The position numbers and the translations under genes were made by a program. The notes under the pieces were generated by a model. The model made no database searches, was not told the origin of the DNA, and worked only from the letters and a program-made list of their open reading frames with translations. From a virus (taxonomy: Duplodnaviria; Caudoviricetes): DNA of 31,466 bases. The first letter of the stretch is position 1; the number at the start of each line of letters is the position of its first letter. Below are positions 1-8,867 of the stretch, one piece after another. The stretch spans positions 1 to 31,466 of the IMG/VR virus record IMGVR_UViG_3300032320_000343, one strand, 5' to 3'.

Positions 1-2
1 AG

Positions 3-311
3 TGTAGCGAGAATACAACAGTTGAGATTGTACAGAATGAGATACAGCCACCTGGTACTTTCAAGCTAAACATCCCCGGCAAGCCTTCCGAGCTGCATGA
101 AGGCATGAACGCATGGATGGATCGGTATAACGAGATGGCAGATAAAGTAGCCAGATCAAGGCTGGCAGCAGATGTCAAGATCCAAAAGATTGCAGAGTTC
201 AATACGCTAAACGCGGATGTACTTTCTATGCTGACCACGATACAAAAGGTTGGCATGACTGCACACAAGCAGAAACGCAAACAGGCTATTGACGCGTCAG
301 CCGCGGAGTAA
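3..311 (+). CDS. 3' part of a + strand gene that starts before the window (hypothetical protein)
   Basis: The frame of the 105..311 ORF is open back to position 3 (CSENTTVEIVQNEIQPPGTFKLNIPGKPSELHEG-MNAW...). It ends in TAA at 309-311, convergent on the lysozyme gene. Confidence 0.65.
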   Translation, partial: CSENTTVEIVQNEIQPPGTFKLNIPGKPSELHEGMNAWMDRYNEMADKVARSRLAADVKIQKIAEFNTLNADVLSMLTTIQKVGMTAHKQKRKQAIDASAAE

Positions 312-755
312 ATCGATCTCGGCCTGCCTGCGCTTAACCAAGCCGGGCAGGGTTTTACCGCCACCCTTAGTCCATTTCATAAGTTCTGTCTCCACGCCTA
401 GCAGGTCATTAGAGTCCACCCTGCGCTTTAGAGTGCTTGCCCGATACCTACCTACCCCTAAGTTGTAAGCGAAGTCTGTAATGGCCGCCAAGAGCCTCTC
501 ATTGGCTATCAGGATAGGTGATGCCTTGAGTACCCCAGTCATGTAGTTGTGCTCCAGCTCACCCATAAGCCAGTCGTTTGCCAGCTCCTTAGATATGGGC
601 TCATCTTGCATGGTTACTTTGGTGCCATCTGGCTTGTATACGGTGCCGTATCCGATGGTTGGATAGCCTGCTGGGCAGATGTAAGGTTTACTGGAGAACC
701 CCTCAAAAAATCTGCACAGATCCGCGGCTAGGGTTAGTGCCTGGTTCTGTCCCAC
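297..755 (-). CDS. Endolysin, GH24 phage lysozyme
   Basis: FEG...Y.CPAG.PTIGYG catalytic motif, FAYNLG and LPGLVKRRQAE C-terminus. Start is probably GTG at 755 rather than TTG at 773. Confidence 0.93.
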   Translation of the reverse strand: MGQNQALTLAADLCRFFEGFSSKPYICPAGYPTIGYGTVYKPDGTKVTMQDEPISKELANDWLMGELEHNYMTGVLKASPILIANERLLAAITDFAYNLGVGRYRASTLKRRVDSNDLLGVETELMKWTKGGGKTLPGLVKRRQAEIDLLRG

Positions 756-1204
756 ACGCGTCCGACAAACCAAAAAGTAAGAATCATCATCAGCAATGCC
801 ATGTCATCCGCAGACCATGAGCTGACCAGTACCTCTTTCCAATCTGCGCCAGCATCAACGGCCATCAGGATTGAGGCCAGCTTGACAATGGAATACAGGG
901 TTACAAACCAGTATGTAACGAGAGGCCTTACAGCTGCGGAGATAGCAGAGATAAACCAGCCGGATGCCCTTGCTGTCTCGCCCTGCTCTTTGAGCGCCTC
1001 AGTCATTGCATCGAGCTCTTTACCCATGAGCACAGTCTCTTGCTCGCGCATGGAGATCTCACCCTTGAGCTGTGCAAACTCCATCTCTTTGCCTAGCATG
1101 GCCAGCTCATGTGCTCGCTCATTCTTTGCATCCCATAACTTCATTACCTCTGGGACTATGCGGAATATACCGCCAAGCAGGGAGCCGAGCAGGGTCTCAA
1201 TCAT
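734..1204 (-). CDS. Putative holin (3TM/GTA-holin-like)
   Basis: Hydrophobic N-terminus, coiled region, VRP.VTY segment and terminal FWFVGR membrane segment; directly upstream of the lysozyme. Confidence 0.7.
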   Translation of the reverse strand: MIETLLGSLLGGIFRIVPEVMKLWDAKNERAHELAMLGKEMEFAQLKGEISMREQETVLMGKELDAMTEALKEQGETARASGWFISAISAAVRPLVTYWFVTLYSIVKLASILMAVDAGADWKEVLVSSWSADDMALLMMILTFWFVGRVWDRTRH

Positions 1205-1206
1205 TC

Positions 1207-1389
1207 TTAACCGACTTTGATCTGGCCAATACTAGCCAAGTAAGTTACTAAAGCAACGGCACCTACCCCTACGATCCAAAAGAACTTGGTAACAATGGAT
1301 TTACCTACAGAGGTATAAACCTTTTCTATCACACGCTCGGTTACTTTCTCCACAATATCTTCCAGCTCTTTGTCGGTTAAGGTAGACAT
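1207..1389 (-). CDS. Small membrane protein of the lysis region
   Basis: 60 aa with one C-terminal TM helix (FFWIVGVGAVALVTYLA); tightly packed with neighbours. Confidence 0.7.
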   Translation of the reverse strand: MSTLTDKELEDIVEKVTERVIEKVYTSVGKSIVTKFFWIVGVGAVALVTYLASIGQIKVG

Positions 1390-1391
1390 GA

Positions 1392-1580
1392 TTAGACTTT
1401 CTTTCTTACAGTTTTCTTAACCGCTGGTTTCTTGGCAGCTACCTTGCGGGCTGCTGGTTTCTTAGGTGCAGCAGCCTTTGCCGCATCTTGCTTTTCAAAC
1501 TCAGCCCAAAGTGCAACCTCATCTATCTTATAAAATTTATGGTAGTTGAACTTACCTAGTATCCAATCGATTACAAACAT
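1392..1580 (-). CDS. Small protein with Lys/Ala/Pro-rich histone-H1-like tail
   Basis: C-terminus AAKAAAPKKPAARKVAAKKPAVKKTVRKKV; 2-nt spacing to both neighbours. Confidence 0.7.
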   Translation of the reverse strand: MFVIDWILGKFNYHKFYKIDEVALWAEFEKQDAAKAAAPKKPAARKVAAKKPAVKKTVRKKV

Positions 1581-1582
1581 AA

Positions 1583-2140
1583 TTAAACTCCAAAGATTTC
1601 AATTAGAAAGCGACCTGCTGTGTAGGTTGCGTTAGCTGTTCCTTGACCAGCAAGATACAGATAATCATTTGCAGAAGGATCGGCAGCAAAGTAAGTTACT
1701 GTGCCTCGCGACTGAGTGCCAGCATTAATCAGCAACGCTTCAGTTAATCCTGTGACAGCAGCATCTTCAGCGCCAGTACCTTCTAATGCAGAGTACAAGT
1801 CAATGTCAGTATCGCCACCAGCAGGGGCTTCTAAACAGGTCATGCGGCCACCAAGTACAGTCATCGAAGGCAGTCTAGCAATGTAGCAGTTGCTTGCGCC
1901 ATTTACGCCAATGATGTCGTTAGCAGTACCGCCTGAGTTCAAACCAGTTAAATCAATCAGTACACGAACCAGGTACACGCCCTCATTGATTGCAGCATGG
2001 GCTTTGCAGATAGTACCAACACCAGTAGAGATGCCTGTGCCGATGTCTAAGTTGCTGTATACGCTGTCTTGAAAAGCCAACTTACCTAAGTCGCCTACCG
2101 AAGGGACTTGGTTACTCTTTGTTCCGATTAGTGATGGCAT
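1583..2140 (-). CDS. Putative virion structural / fibre-associated protein
   Basis: Gly/Ala/Thr-rich and beta-like; N-terminal IGT..NQVP..GDLG.LAFQD segment; follows the tail fibre module. Confidence 0.6.
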   Translation of the reverse strand: MPSLIGTKSNQVPSVGDLGKLAFQDSVYSNLDIGTGISTGVGTICKAHAAINEGVYLVRVLIDLTGLNSGGTANDIIGVNGASNCYIARLPSMTVLGGRMTCLEAPAGGDTDIDLYSALEGTGAEDAAVTGLTEALLINAGTQSRGTVTYFAADPSANDYLYLAGQGTANATYTAGRFLIEIFGV

Positions 2141-2143
2141 AAA

Positions 2144-2479
2144 TTAATCTCCCGCCCATTTTCGATATTGATGAATAGGTACTACTACATACGCATCCAG
2201 CTCAGGAGCTACAGAGAAGTTCCTTACGTTAACGTGCCATCCACCTACATCAGCCATGACTGGTACTTCCATACCGTTGATTGTTTCTACTGCGCCAGTT
2301 GGTTTGTAGATAATTCCGATGATGTCTATGTTGTCGTAGTTTGGTTTGTCCATCCACTCTGTAGGTGCTGATGGCTCATCCATTGATACAGACTCAGCCC
2401 AAGCAATAGGTACTTTAGTGTAGAGAACAGAGTTAGCCTGTGCCTCATCTGTAAATTTAAGTAAGTAATCGTAGTTCAT
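2144..2479 (-). CDS. Putative tail fibre assembly chaperone
   Basis: 111-aa acidic protein immediately after the tail fibre, with GWHVNVR and P...RKWAG motifs; assignment mostly positional. Confidence 0.55.
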   Translation of the reverse strand: MNYDYLLKFTDEAQANSVLYTKVPIAWAESVSMDEPSAPTEWMDKPNYDNIDIIGIIYKPTGAVETINGMEVPVMADVGGWHVNVRNFSVAPELDAYVVVPIHQYRKWAGD

Positions 2480-2488
2480 CTTTAATCC

Positions 2489-5341
2489 TTAAACTGTAGT
2501 GAGCGAAACAAGCTCAGAATTTTGCAAGCGCTTTGGATAGTAGGCAAACTTCTTAATAGTGCCGTTTAATTGCCTTCCTGTTGGATAGCAACCAATGAAC
2601 AACCTATCTACGATTGGCACAGCCCCCGAGGTAAAGTTTGCCGCAGCAGTTATATTGCTTGCCCCACCATAATCTCCAAACTTATAGGCTGCCGTGAACT
2701 TTGTCGAAGTTGCACCGTAAGTAAATAGTCCACCTCCACTTGGCTCAAATTGAAACGCAGTAGAGCTTGTTGCTGTTGCAGAAGATTTATATATAAATAT
2801 TCTTGTGGTATCGCTAGCGGCTTGAATTGTGAAAAGATATGGAAATGCTCCACCACTTGATATTGGTGACTCCACATAAACAGTACCCTCATCAGCCTTA
2901 TACCAGCTACTAAAGTTAGCGCCAATCATGCTTGCAGAGTCTGGCGCCCGTGTGACCGTACTTCCTTCAGTCTTAATATAGCTGGTACTGAAAGCGCCAA
3001 GCTCTAACTGTGCACCCCAAAGGTAGATGCCGTTATTCGCAACACCAAGATGCGTTCCGATAGCATTTGTAGATTGCGGCTCTACATACCAGTTGACCGT
3101 TGTACCAGAGGATGTTGCGGTTACGGCACAGCGATACCATCCGTTACCTACGGCAGTCATTGTTGCGGAAGTAAATGTTCCAGATGTAACGCCAACCGCT
3201 CCTGATGTTAAGTTAAAAACAACATTGAAACCAAATCCTCCTTGTGCCTGCGTATATACAAAACCTCGCTCTGCCGCTTTTGCATAAAAAGTAAAAGTGT
3301 ATGCTGTTGAATTTGCGACAGTCGCTGATTGTCGAATAACATGGTTTTGAGTAACCCCACCAGCTTCATTAAGTTTGTCACCAGTAAGAGTTCCATTTGG
3401 CGCAATAATTGTATTTGCAATAACTGTTACTGCTGTGCCGCCATCATCCTTAACCCAAGTGGCGTTATCAAATTCTTCAGACCTAAGAAATAAATTAGCC
3501 CTCTGCTCCTCAATCTCTAATCCAAGGCTCTCACCAGTTACAGGGTCATGCTCAAAGCGAGGTACTCCACTAGCAGCAGTTTGCAGAGCAGGGATGTAGT
3601 TTGTGATTGGAGCTGTGGTAGTGGGAGTATATGCGCTGACTGAGCCTCGTTGTTCAAGCTGAACGCCCCATATCAAAAGTTCAAGTCCCAATGTTGCCCC
3701 TGCACCAAAGTTGAAAAGCACAATAAGAGTCGCAGAAGATAAAGTTCCAGTAACTGTAAATCTTTGCCAAGTTGTTGTTGCAGTCCCTGGAGACGGAAAA
3801 GAGCCGCTAGGTATTACAAGAGTTCCAGATGGGACTGAAGCCCAAAATGATAGCGTGTATGTTCCTGTAAAAGTGCCACCCGGAGCCTGCGACATATTTG
3901 GGTAATTCGCATTCGTTGTGACAAAACGCATTGCTGTAGTTGTGCCATCAGGAGCAACCGCATAATTGTCTGTCCTAGCAGATGAACCGCCAGAGTCAGC
4001 GCCCCAGTTTGCAGCCATCCCTGTGCCTTGTGAAAACTTTATTAAATTCTCCTCAGCCTTAGCAACAGTTTTGCCATCGTAGAATGTGCCAGTAGATGCC
4101 CTTGTGAAAGTGATACGAGGGTCTAATGTCTTAGTATTAGCAAAGTCTAGCAAGAGGCTTGGGCGAATTGAGTGACGTACTGGCTCGTTACCGAGGGCTA
4201 CAGCAGATGCAGCAGCAGCACTAGCACTTGCGGAGTTGGCACTAGCCAAAGCCTCAGCCGCTTTAGTAGTAGCAGTCGCAGCGTTAGCAGAGGCAGAGTT
4301 AATAACAGCGGTATCCGCGGCCACTTGGTTTACGTTAGCAATGTTTCCACCAACATTATTCACGTTAGCTATAGAGCCAGCAACCGTAGTCACGTTAGCA
4401 TTATTTGTAGCTACAGTTGTGACATTACTAGAGATGCCTGCTACCGTGGTTACGTTAGCTGCAACACCAGCCACAGTCGTTACGTTAGAAGATATACCTG
4501 CAACAGTTGTTACGCCTGCTGCAACTCCAGCTACAGTCGTGACGTTGCCAGATATACCAGCTACGGTAGTGACGTTTGCGTTATTGCCACCTACGGTATT
4601 TACGTTAGAGATGTTAGTGCCGACTGTGTTTACGTTACCAATATTTACGGCTACCGTATTGATTTCAGATACGGGCTCGTTCAAATCATCCGCTACGGTA
4701 TTGACGTTATATTGAAACGTAGCAACCATCGTTACATCGCTTGATATACCAGCAACTGTATTGACGTTAGCTATGTTTCCGGCTACTGTATTTACTGATG
4801 CAATATTAGTAGCAACAGTATTGATGTTGGCTGACTGAGCTGCAACCGTAGTTACAGCGCCAATGCTAGGGCCTGCCTCTGGATTGCCTGTAGTTGCGTT
4901 AAACGCGAGCACAGTACCAACGCGGGATGCCTTAGCAGGCAAAGTCATATTGATATCAGTTGGATCTACTACTGGAGCCTTGAGGCCACGCTCTGCGGTC
5001 TCGGCTACCTGCTGAATAAAGATGGTCTGGTTATCCAGCTCATCATTTAAAGTATTTGCAAATAGGTCGCCGCCTGTAGTAAAGTCTGTGGTGCGCTGGA
5101 TGTTCTTAGCGCCGACAATCGTAATGTTGCTTGTGCCAGCTGTAGCTACCAGCGTTACAGAGCCTGTACCGTTAGCGTTAATTATTACGGTATAGTCAGT
5201 AGTCAGGGTCAGTAAAGTGCTGGCCTTGTATACTGCGATATCGGTTTGGTTTAGGATCTCAAACGTAAACGCATAAGGGCCTACGCCACTTGGCGCATAG
5301 ACCACTCGTCTCGGAACATTACTTATTGCGTAGTCAGCCAT
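2489..5341 (-). CDS. Tail fibre / receptor-binding protein
   Basis: N-terminal T7-gp17-like attachment domain (YAFTFEI..DYTV..RTTDF..TLNDELD), 10-aa NVTTVAG repeats, Ala-rich coil and two related beta-rich C-terminal domains. Confidence 0.9.
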   Translation of the reverse strand: MADYAISNVPRRVVYAPSGVGPYAFTFEILNQTDIAVYKASTLLTLTTDYTVIINANGTGSVTLVATAGTSNITIVGAKNIQRTTDFTTGGDLFANTLNDELDNQTIFIQQVAETAERGLKAPVVDPTDINMTLPAKASRVGTVLAFNATTGNPEAGPSIGAVTTVAAQSANINTVATNIASVNTVAGNIANVNTVAGISSDVTMVATFQYNVNTVADDLNEPVSEINTVAVNIGNVNTVGTNISNVNTVGGNNANVTTVAGISGNVTTVAGVAAGVTTVAGISSNVTTVAGVAANVTTVAGISSNVTTVATNNANVTTVAGSIANVNNVGGNIANVNQVAADTAVINSASANAATATTKAAEALASANSASASAAAASAVALGNEPVRHSIRPSLLLDFANTKTLDPRITFTRASTGTFYDGKTVAKAEENLIKFSQGTGMAANWGADSGGSSARTDNYAVAPDGTTTAMRFVTTNANYPNMSQAPGGTFTGTYTLSFWASVPSGTLVIPSGSFPSPGTATTTWQRFTVTGTLSSATLIVLFNFGAGATLGLELLIWGVQLEQRGSVSAYTPTTTAPITNYIPALQTAASGVPRFEHDPVTGESLGLEIEEQRANLFLRSEEFDNATWVKDDGGTAVTVIANTIIAPNGTLTGDKLNEAGGVTQNHVIRQSATVANSTAYTFTFYAKAAERGFVYTQAQGGFGFNVVFNLTSGAVGVTSGTFTSATMTAVGNGWYRCAVTATSSGTTVNWYVEPQSTNAIGTHLGVANNGIYLWGAQLELGAFSTSYIKTEGSTVTRAPDSASMIGANFSSWYKADEGTVYVESPISSGGAFPYLFTIQAASDTTRIFIYKSSATATSSTAFQFEPSGGGLFTYGATSTKFTAAYKFGDYGGASNITAAANFTSGAVPIVDRLFIGCYPTGRQLNGTIKKFAYYPKRLQNSELVSLTTV
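4310..4860 (-). repeat. Degenerate ~30-nt (10-aa) tandem repeats in the tail fibre shaft
   Basis: Translated repeats of the type N(V/I)(N/T)TVA(G/T)(N/I/V)xx, on the order of 15-18 copies. Confidence 0.85.
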
Positions 5342-5906
5342 TGTTTACCCCTGCATTATTAGCGTGATATTTATTTTTGCAAATATTAAAAATGTGAACC
5401 TTGCTTACACCAAACAATTCAGACAAATCAACTAGGGATCTGCCTTGTTTTTTAGCAGTCCTGATGGCGTTAGCATCGTCCATAGATAGTTTTTGTTTTC
5501 TGCTTGGATTTACTGCTGATGTAAACCCGCCAGTAGCTTTGTAGTGAGCTACATTTTCCTGTCTAGTAACCCACTCTAGATTGCTGGCTTGGTTGTCTAA
5601 CTTGTCAAAGTTCTTATGGTTTACTTCAGCCTTCCCGTTTGGGCTACAAAATAAAGTAGCAACGGCCTTGTGAACTTTCATCATTTTTCGTGTGTTGTTG
5701 CGGCATAACTGAAACTGCAAGTAGCCATGACCATCTGGGGATGGCTTGATTGTCCTGCCTTTTATAAGCCTCTTGCCCAACCATCTATCCAGACTTCTAA
5801 TATTGCCGAGATTGCTGGCCTCATAAACCCCCTCGTAATCAGGAATAGCAAGCCATATCTCACCCATGCGGGAGATATCGCTGCTAGAGGGTTTGTAATC
5901 TGCCAT
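5334..5906 (-). CDS. NUMOD4-HNH free-standing homing endonuclease
   Basis: EIW..IPDYEG.YEASNLGNIRS (NUMOD4), VHKAVA..F...VNHKNFDKLDN...NLEWVT..EN (HNH) and a C-terminal HTH (LSELFGVSK). Confidence 0.92.
   Translation of the reverse strand: MADYKPSSSDISRMGEIWLAIPDYEGVYEASNLGNIRSLDRWLGKRLIKGRTIKPSPDGHGYLQFQLCRNNTRKMMKVHKAVATLFCSPNGKAEVNHKNFDKLDNQASNLEWVTRQENVAHYKATGGFTSAVNPSRKQKLSMDDANAIRTAKKQGRSLVDLSELFGVSKVHIFNICKNKYHANNAGVNNG
5846..5886 (-). promoter_or_regulatory. Stem-loop enclosing the internal ATG of the HNH gene
   Basis: - strand TAGCAGCGATATCTC-CCGCATGGGT-GAGATATGGCTTGCTA gives about 14 bp with one mismatch and one bulge; the ATG of MGEIW lies at the apex. Confidence 0.6.
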
Positions 5907-5954
5907 AATCTTTCCTTAACTTAGTCTGAATCTATCTGATTTTGCTAAAAAAAT

Positions 5955-8867
5955 CTAGCGTTTATATTTACCGTAATCTCTCTTAAATTCTTTAACTTCT
6001 TGCATTGCATCAGCTAAATCGGGATCTTCTGCAATCAACCTCTCTTTTGCGCTGGAATAGGCATCCGACATCGTTTTGGTAATGATGGCTTGGACTTCCT
6101 CAAGGTTGTCTGCTGCCTTGCTTTGAATGGCTGGCGACTCACCTAAATACGATATCCGATCTGCCAAAACCCCATCTTGCGTGGCCAGCTCAATCCAACG
6201 GTTGTACTGGGTGGCCGATAACTGGATGCCATCAATAGACTTCTTAGGGATATACATGGGTACGCCATAGGCTACCAGCACAGCTTTAGCCTGGTTGTAC
6301 TTGCCACTTGATTCTTTGAATGGGTTAAACATCTCGTACAGTTTGCCCTTGCCAACCATCTCAGCCTCACCCGTAATCGGATCTAAAGCCCGTGGAAGGC
6401 TGTCAGAGGTCAGCGGATTGCGTGACTTATAGTAGCGTACCGCGTCATAGAACCCGCGTACTGCTGGCTCAATCATCCCTGTTTTGGTACTCATCTCAGC
6501 AGGCATAGTATTAGACCTAGTTGGGTCTACGATACGCTCAACGCCAGCCACGAATGAGCTATGCACTCCGACTGGAGATCCACCGATAGCAAACTGAGAC
6601 ATCTGCTTGCTGGCTGCGTTAATGAAGTCATACAGAATCGTAGGGCCATCCTTAGCGCCAGAGGTAAATACCTTTTGGATATCGCTAAAGCCTTGTAACA
6701 TAGGCTGCTCTGACAAGTATTGATAAACGCCTAATGCGCCACCCATAGCCAGCTTGTCTAAGTCCTCACCGCCTGGAGTCATCTGGGCGTACTCCCCTGA
6801 TGTAGCGCCAATACCTAGCAAGGTACCAATAGGCTCTAGTCCAGCGTAGGAGATATATACCTTATCTGGGCCACGGGATACTGTAGTCAGTTTCTCAAAG
6901 CGAGCCATCATCTCCTCAGATACGTCCTTAGTATCAAATACAAAGGAGAACTGCTGCCAGCCTGTACCCTCTAGCGCTTTCTTATCTTCCATACGCATAG
7001 GGCCATAACCCGTTACACGCCCCTCAAATACCCCTGCGGATACCGAGTAAATCATAGCGCCGCCTAAAGTAACCCTAGCGATGGCTTGATCCCTGCGGAT
7101 GCCGCCTGCATTAAAGTCACCCCAGAACCGTGGGCTTGCAAAGTTTAGCCCCGGTGTACGGCTAATAGCCTCTAAAGCAATATTCGTAGGGGTTTTAATA
7201 AACGGTACAAACATCTTAATTAAAGGATTCTGAGCTGCGCGCTGGATACCCTGCAATGCTGGCTCTAGTTCACGGGTAAACGTGACGGTACGAGCCACGC
7301 CCATAGCTGCATCACGAATATCATCGCTAGGGTTAGCCAACATATCAGCCATAAAATCAGCAGACTGACGAGCTGCGTTGTCAGGATCTATGCCACTACC
7401 AACCAGCGCTTTGTACATCTTTTCTGATTCGCGAGTAGCTAAGGCGTTCAGCTCCATGCGGTAGCCGATAGCTTTAAAGAACTCGTCCTCAGCCATTAGA
7501 GCGCGGCCAGGCAATGTGACAAACTTACCGTAATAGCTTAATGCCCCGCTTACTGCCTTGCCTGTATCCGAGTCTCCAAAGTCAACCTCAAAAGGCTCAC
7601 GGTTTAAACGTGTTGCCTCTATCTTTTGGAATGGATCTGTAGGGGTATTGCTCTTAAATGCTCTTGCAGCAATCTCGCCACCCTCGCGGATGCCCTGCAA
7701 AAAGCCCATAGCCTGTGCGTATATCTCATCTGTAGAGATGGCATCCTCGCCACCCTTAAACATAAAGTTACGGGTTTTGCCTATAGCGGATGCAAGGGCG
7801 CGTTCAGGTATCTGCAAGCCACCAAAGAATAAGTTACCAGCGATATTCTTAGCATGAGTAGTTGGGTTAGATAGCAGGCCATTAATCCATGTGCTCATCC
7901 ACATATCTGTGCCTCTGGATAGCGCATTGCCATAGCCATTCTCAGCCATAGTAGCGCGAGCAGAGCTGCTTGCTAGAGCTGTGTACTTGTTTGCAAAGTC
8001 ATGTACTGACTCGATGCCGCCAGCCTCATTCATAATTGCCTCAAGCATAGCGCCACGCTCTGCGCTGGATTGCCGAGCCTGAGAGAAGATACCAAGAGTA
8101 CGGGCAATGTCAGCCTGACGGCCGCGTACTGCTTTGACTAGGGTACCCTCTAAAGCTACTGCCTGCATAAAAGCAGAGGTCAGCTCTGGGGTTAGTTGAC
8201 CAGTAGCTTTAGCTGCCTTAACTTGCTCACCCAAATCAAATGCCCTCTTGCCTGCGTCAACGAGCGCCAGCTGCATTTTGTACGCGTCTTGAGGGCTTGC
8301 CTTAGTCGCCTCTAGTGGATCAATTATACGAGCGATAAAGCCCTCATCGTAACCGCTGACAGAAAGCTCCTCGGCCATCTGCTTGTAACTAATCTTTTCA
8401 ATCTTATCTGCGCCGTATGCCCTAGCTGTGGCCTCAATAAATTGCTTGACCCCATCGGCATCTTGGATCATGTCTAGGTTAAATGCGGTTTCAGGTACGC
8501 CTGCTGCTACCTCCGCAGAAGTAGGAGAGGGTTTACCCGTAGTAGGCATCTGCGGTGCTGACTGAATAATGACTTCGCCTTTAGCGCCTGTTTCGCGGAT
8601 AACCTGCGACTGGCCTACCTTACCTTGATCTACACCCGGTGGAAGTATAGGGCGCTCTGTGCGTACTGGAGCTTCTTTAACTGCTTTGCGTAGCAGGCTG
8701 CCTAGCCCCTCTACTGGGCCAGCAACTTGTACTGGATCAAACTGTTGACCTTCATTAGTCAATGGCACCAGCTCTTGCATCTGAGTCTCAAGCGGGACTA
8801 CCTGCTGCGACTCTTTGTCCGCAGAGGATAGGTCGTCTAGGCGTTCAGTAAGGGATGGGATACTCAT
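5955..8867 (-). CDS. Large internal virion (DNA ejection) protein
   Basis: 970 aa, helical and Ala/Gly-rich, in the T7 gp16-like position between tail tube genes and tail fibre. Confidence 0.75.
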   Translation of the reverse strand: MSIPSLTERLDDLSSADKESQQVVPLETQMQELVPLTNEGQQFDPVQVAGPVEGLGSLLRKAVKEAPVRTERPILPPGVDQGKVGQSQVIRETGAKGEVIIQSAPQMPTTGKPSPTSAEVAAGVPETAFNLDMIQDADGVKQFIEATARAYGADKIEKISYKQMAEELSVSGYDEGFIARIIDPLEATKASPQDAYKMQLALVDAGKRAFDLGEQVKAAKATGQLTPELTSAFMQAVALEGTLVKAVRGRQADIARTLGIFSQARQSSAERGAMLEAIMNEAGGIESVHDFANKYTALASSSARATMAENGYGNALSRGTDMWMSTWINGLLSNPTTHAKNIAGNLFFGGLQIPERALASAIGKTRNFMFKGGEDAISTDEIYAQAMGFLQGIREGGEIAARAFKSNTPTDPFQKIEATRLNREPFEVDFGDSDTGKAVSGALSYYGKFVTLPGRALMAEDEFFKAIGYRMELNALATRESEKMYKALVGSGIDPDNAARQSADFMADMLANPSDDIRDAAMGVARTVTFTRELEPALQGIQRAAQNPLIKMFVPFIKTPTNIALEAISRTPGLNFASPRFWGDFNAGGIRRDQAIARVTLGGAMIYSVSAGVFEGRVTGYGPMRMEDKKALEGTGWQQFSFVFDTKDVSEEMMARFEKLTTVSRGPDKVYISYAGLEPIGTLLGIGATSGEYAQMTPGGEDLDKLAMGGALGVYQYLSEQPMLQGFSDIQKVFTSGAKDGPTILYDFINAASKQMSQFAIGGSPVGVHSSFVAGVERIVDPTRSNTMPAEMSTKTGMIEPAVRGFYDAVRYYKSRNPLTSDSLPRALDPITGEAEMVGKGKLYEMFNPFKESSGKYNQAKAVLVAYGVPMYIPKKSIDGIQLSATQYNRWIELATQDGVLADRISYLGESPAIQSKAADNLEEVQAIITKTMSDAYSSAKERLIAEDPDLADAMQEVKEFKRDYGKYKR

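Noticed and set aside
4310-4860. CRISPR-like array
   Set aside because: The repeats are degenerate, in-frame coding repeats without unique spacers.
2489-5341. BPP-1-style diversity-generating retroelement acting on the fibre
   Set aside because: No reverse transcriptase and no adenine-mismatched template/variable repeat pair is visible in the window.
5334-5906. Group I intron in the tail fibre gene
   Set aside because: The HNH ORF fills the whole insert, leaving no room for a ribozyme core, and the fibre has its own start downstream.
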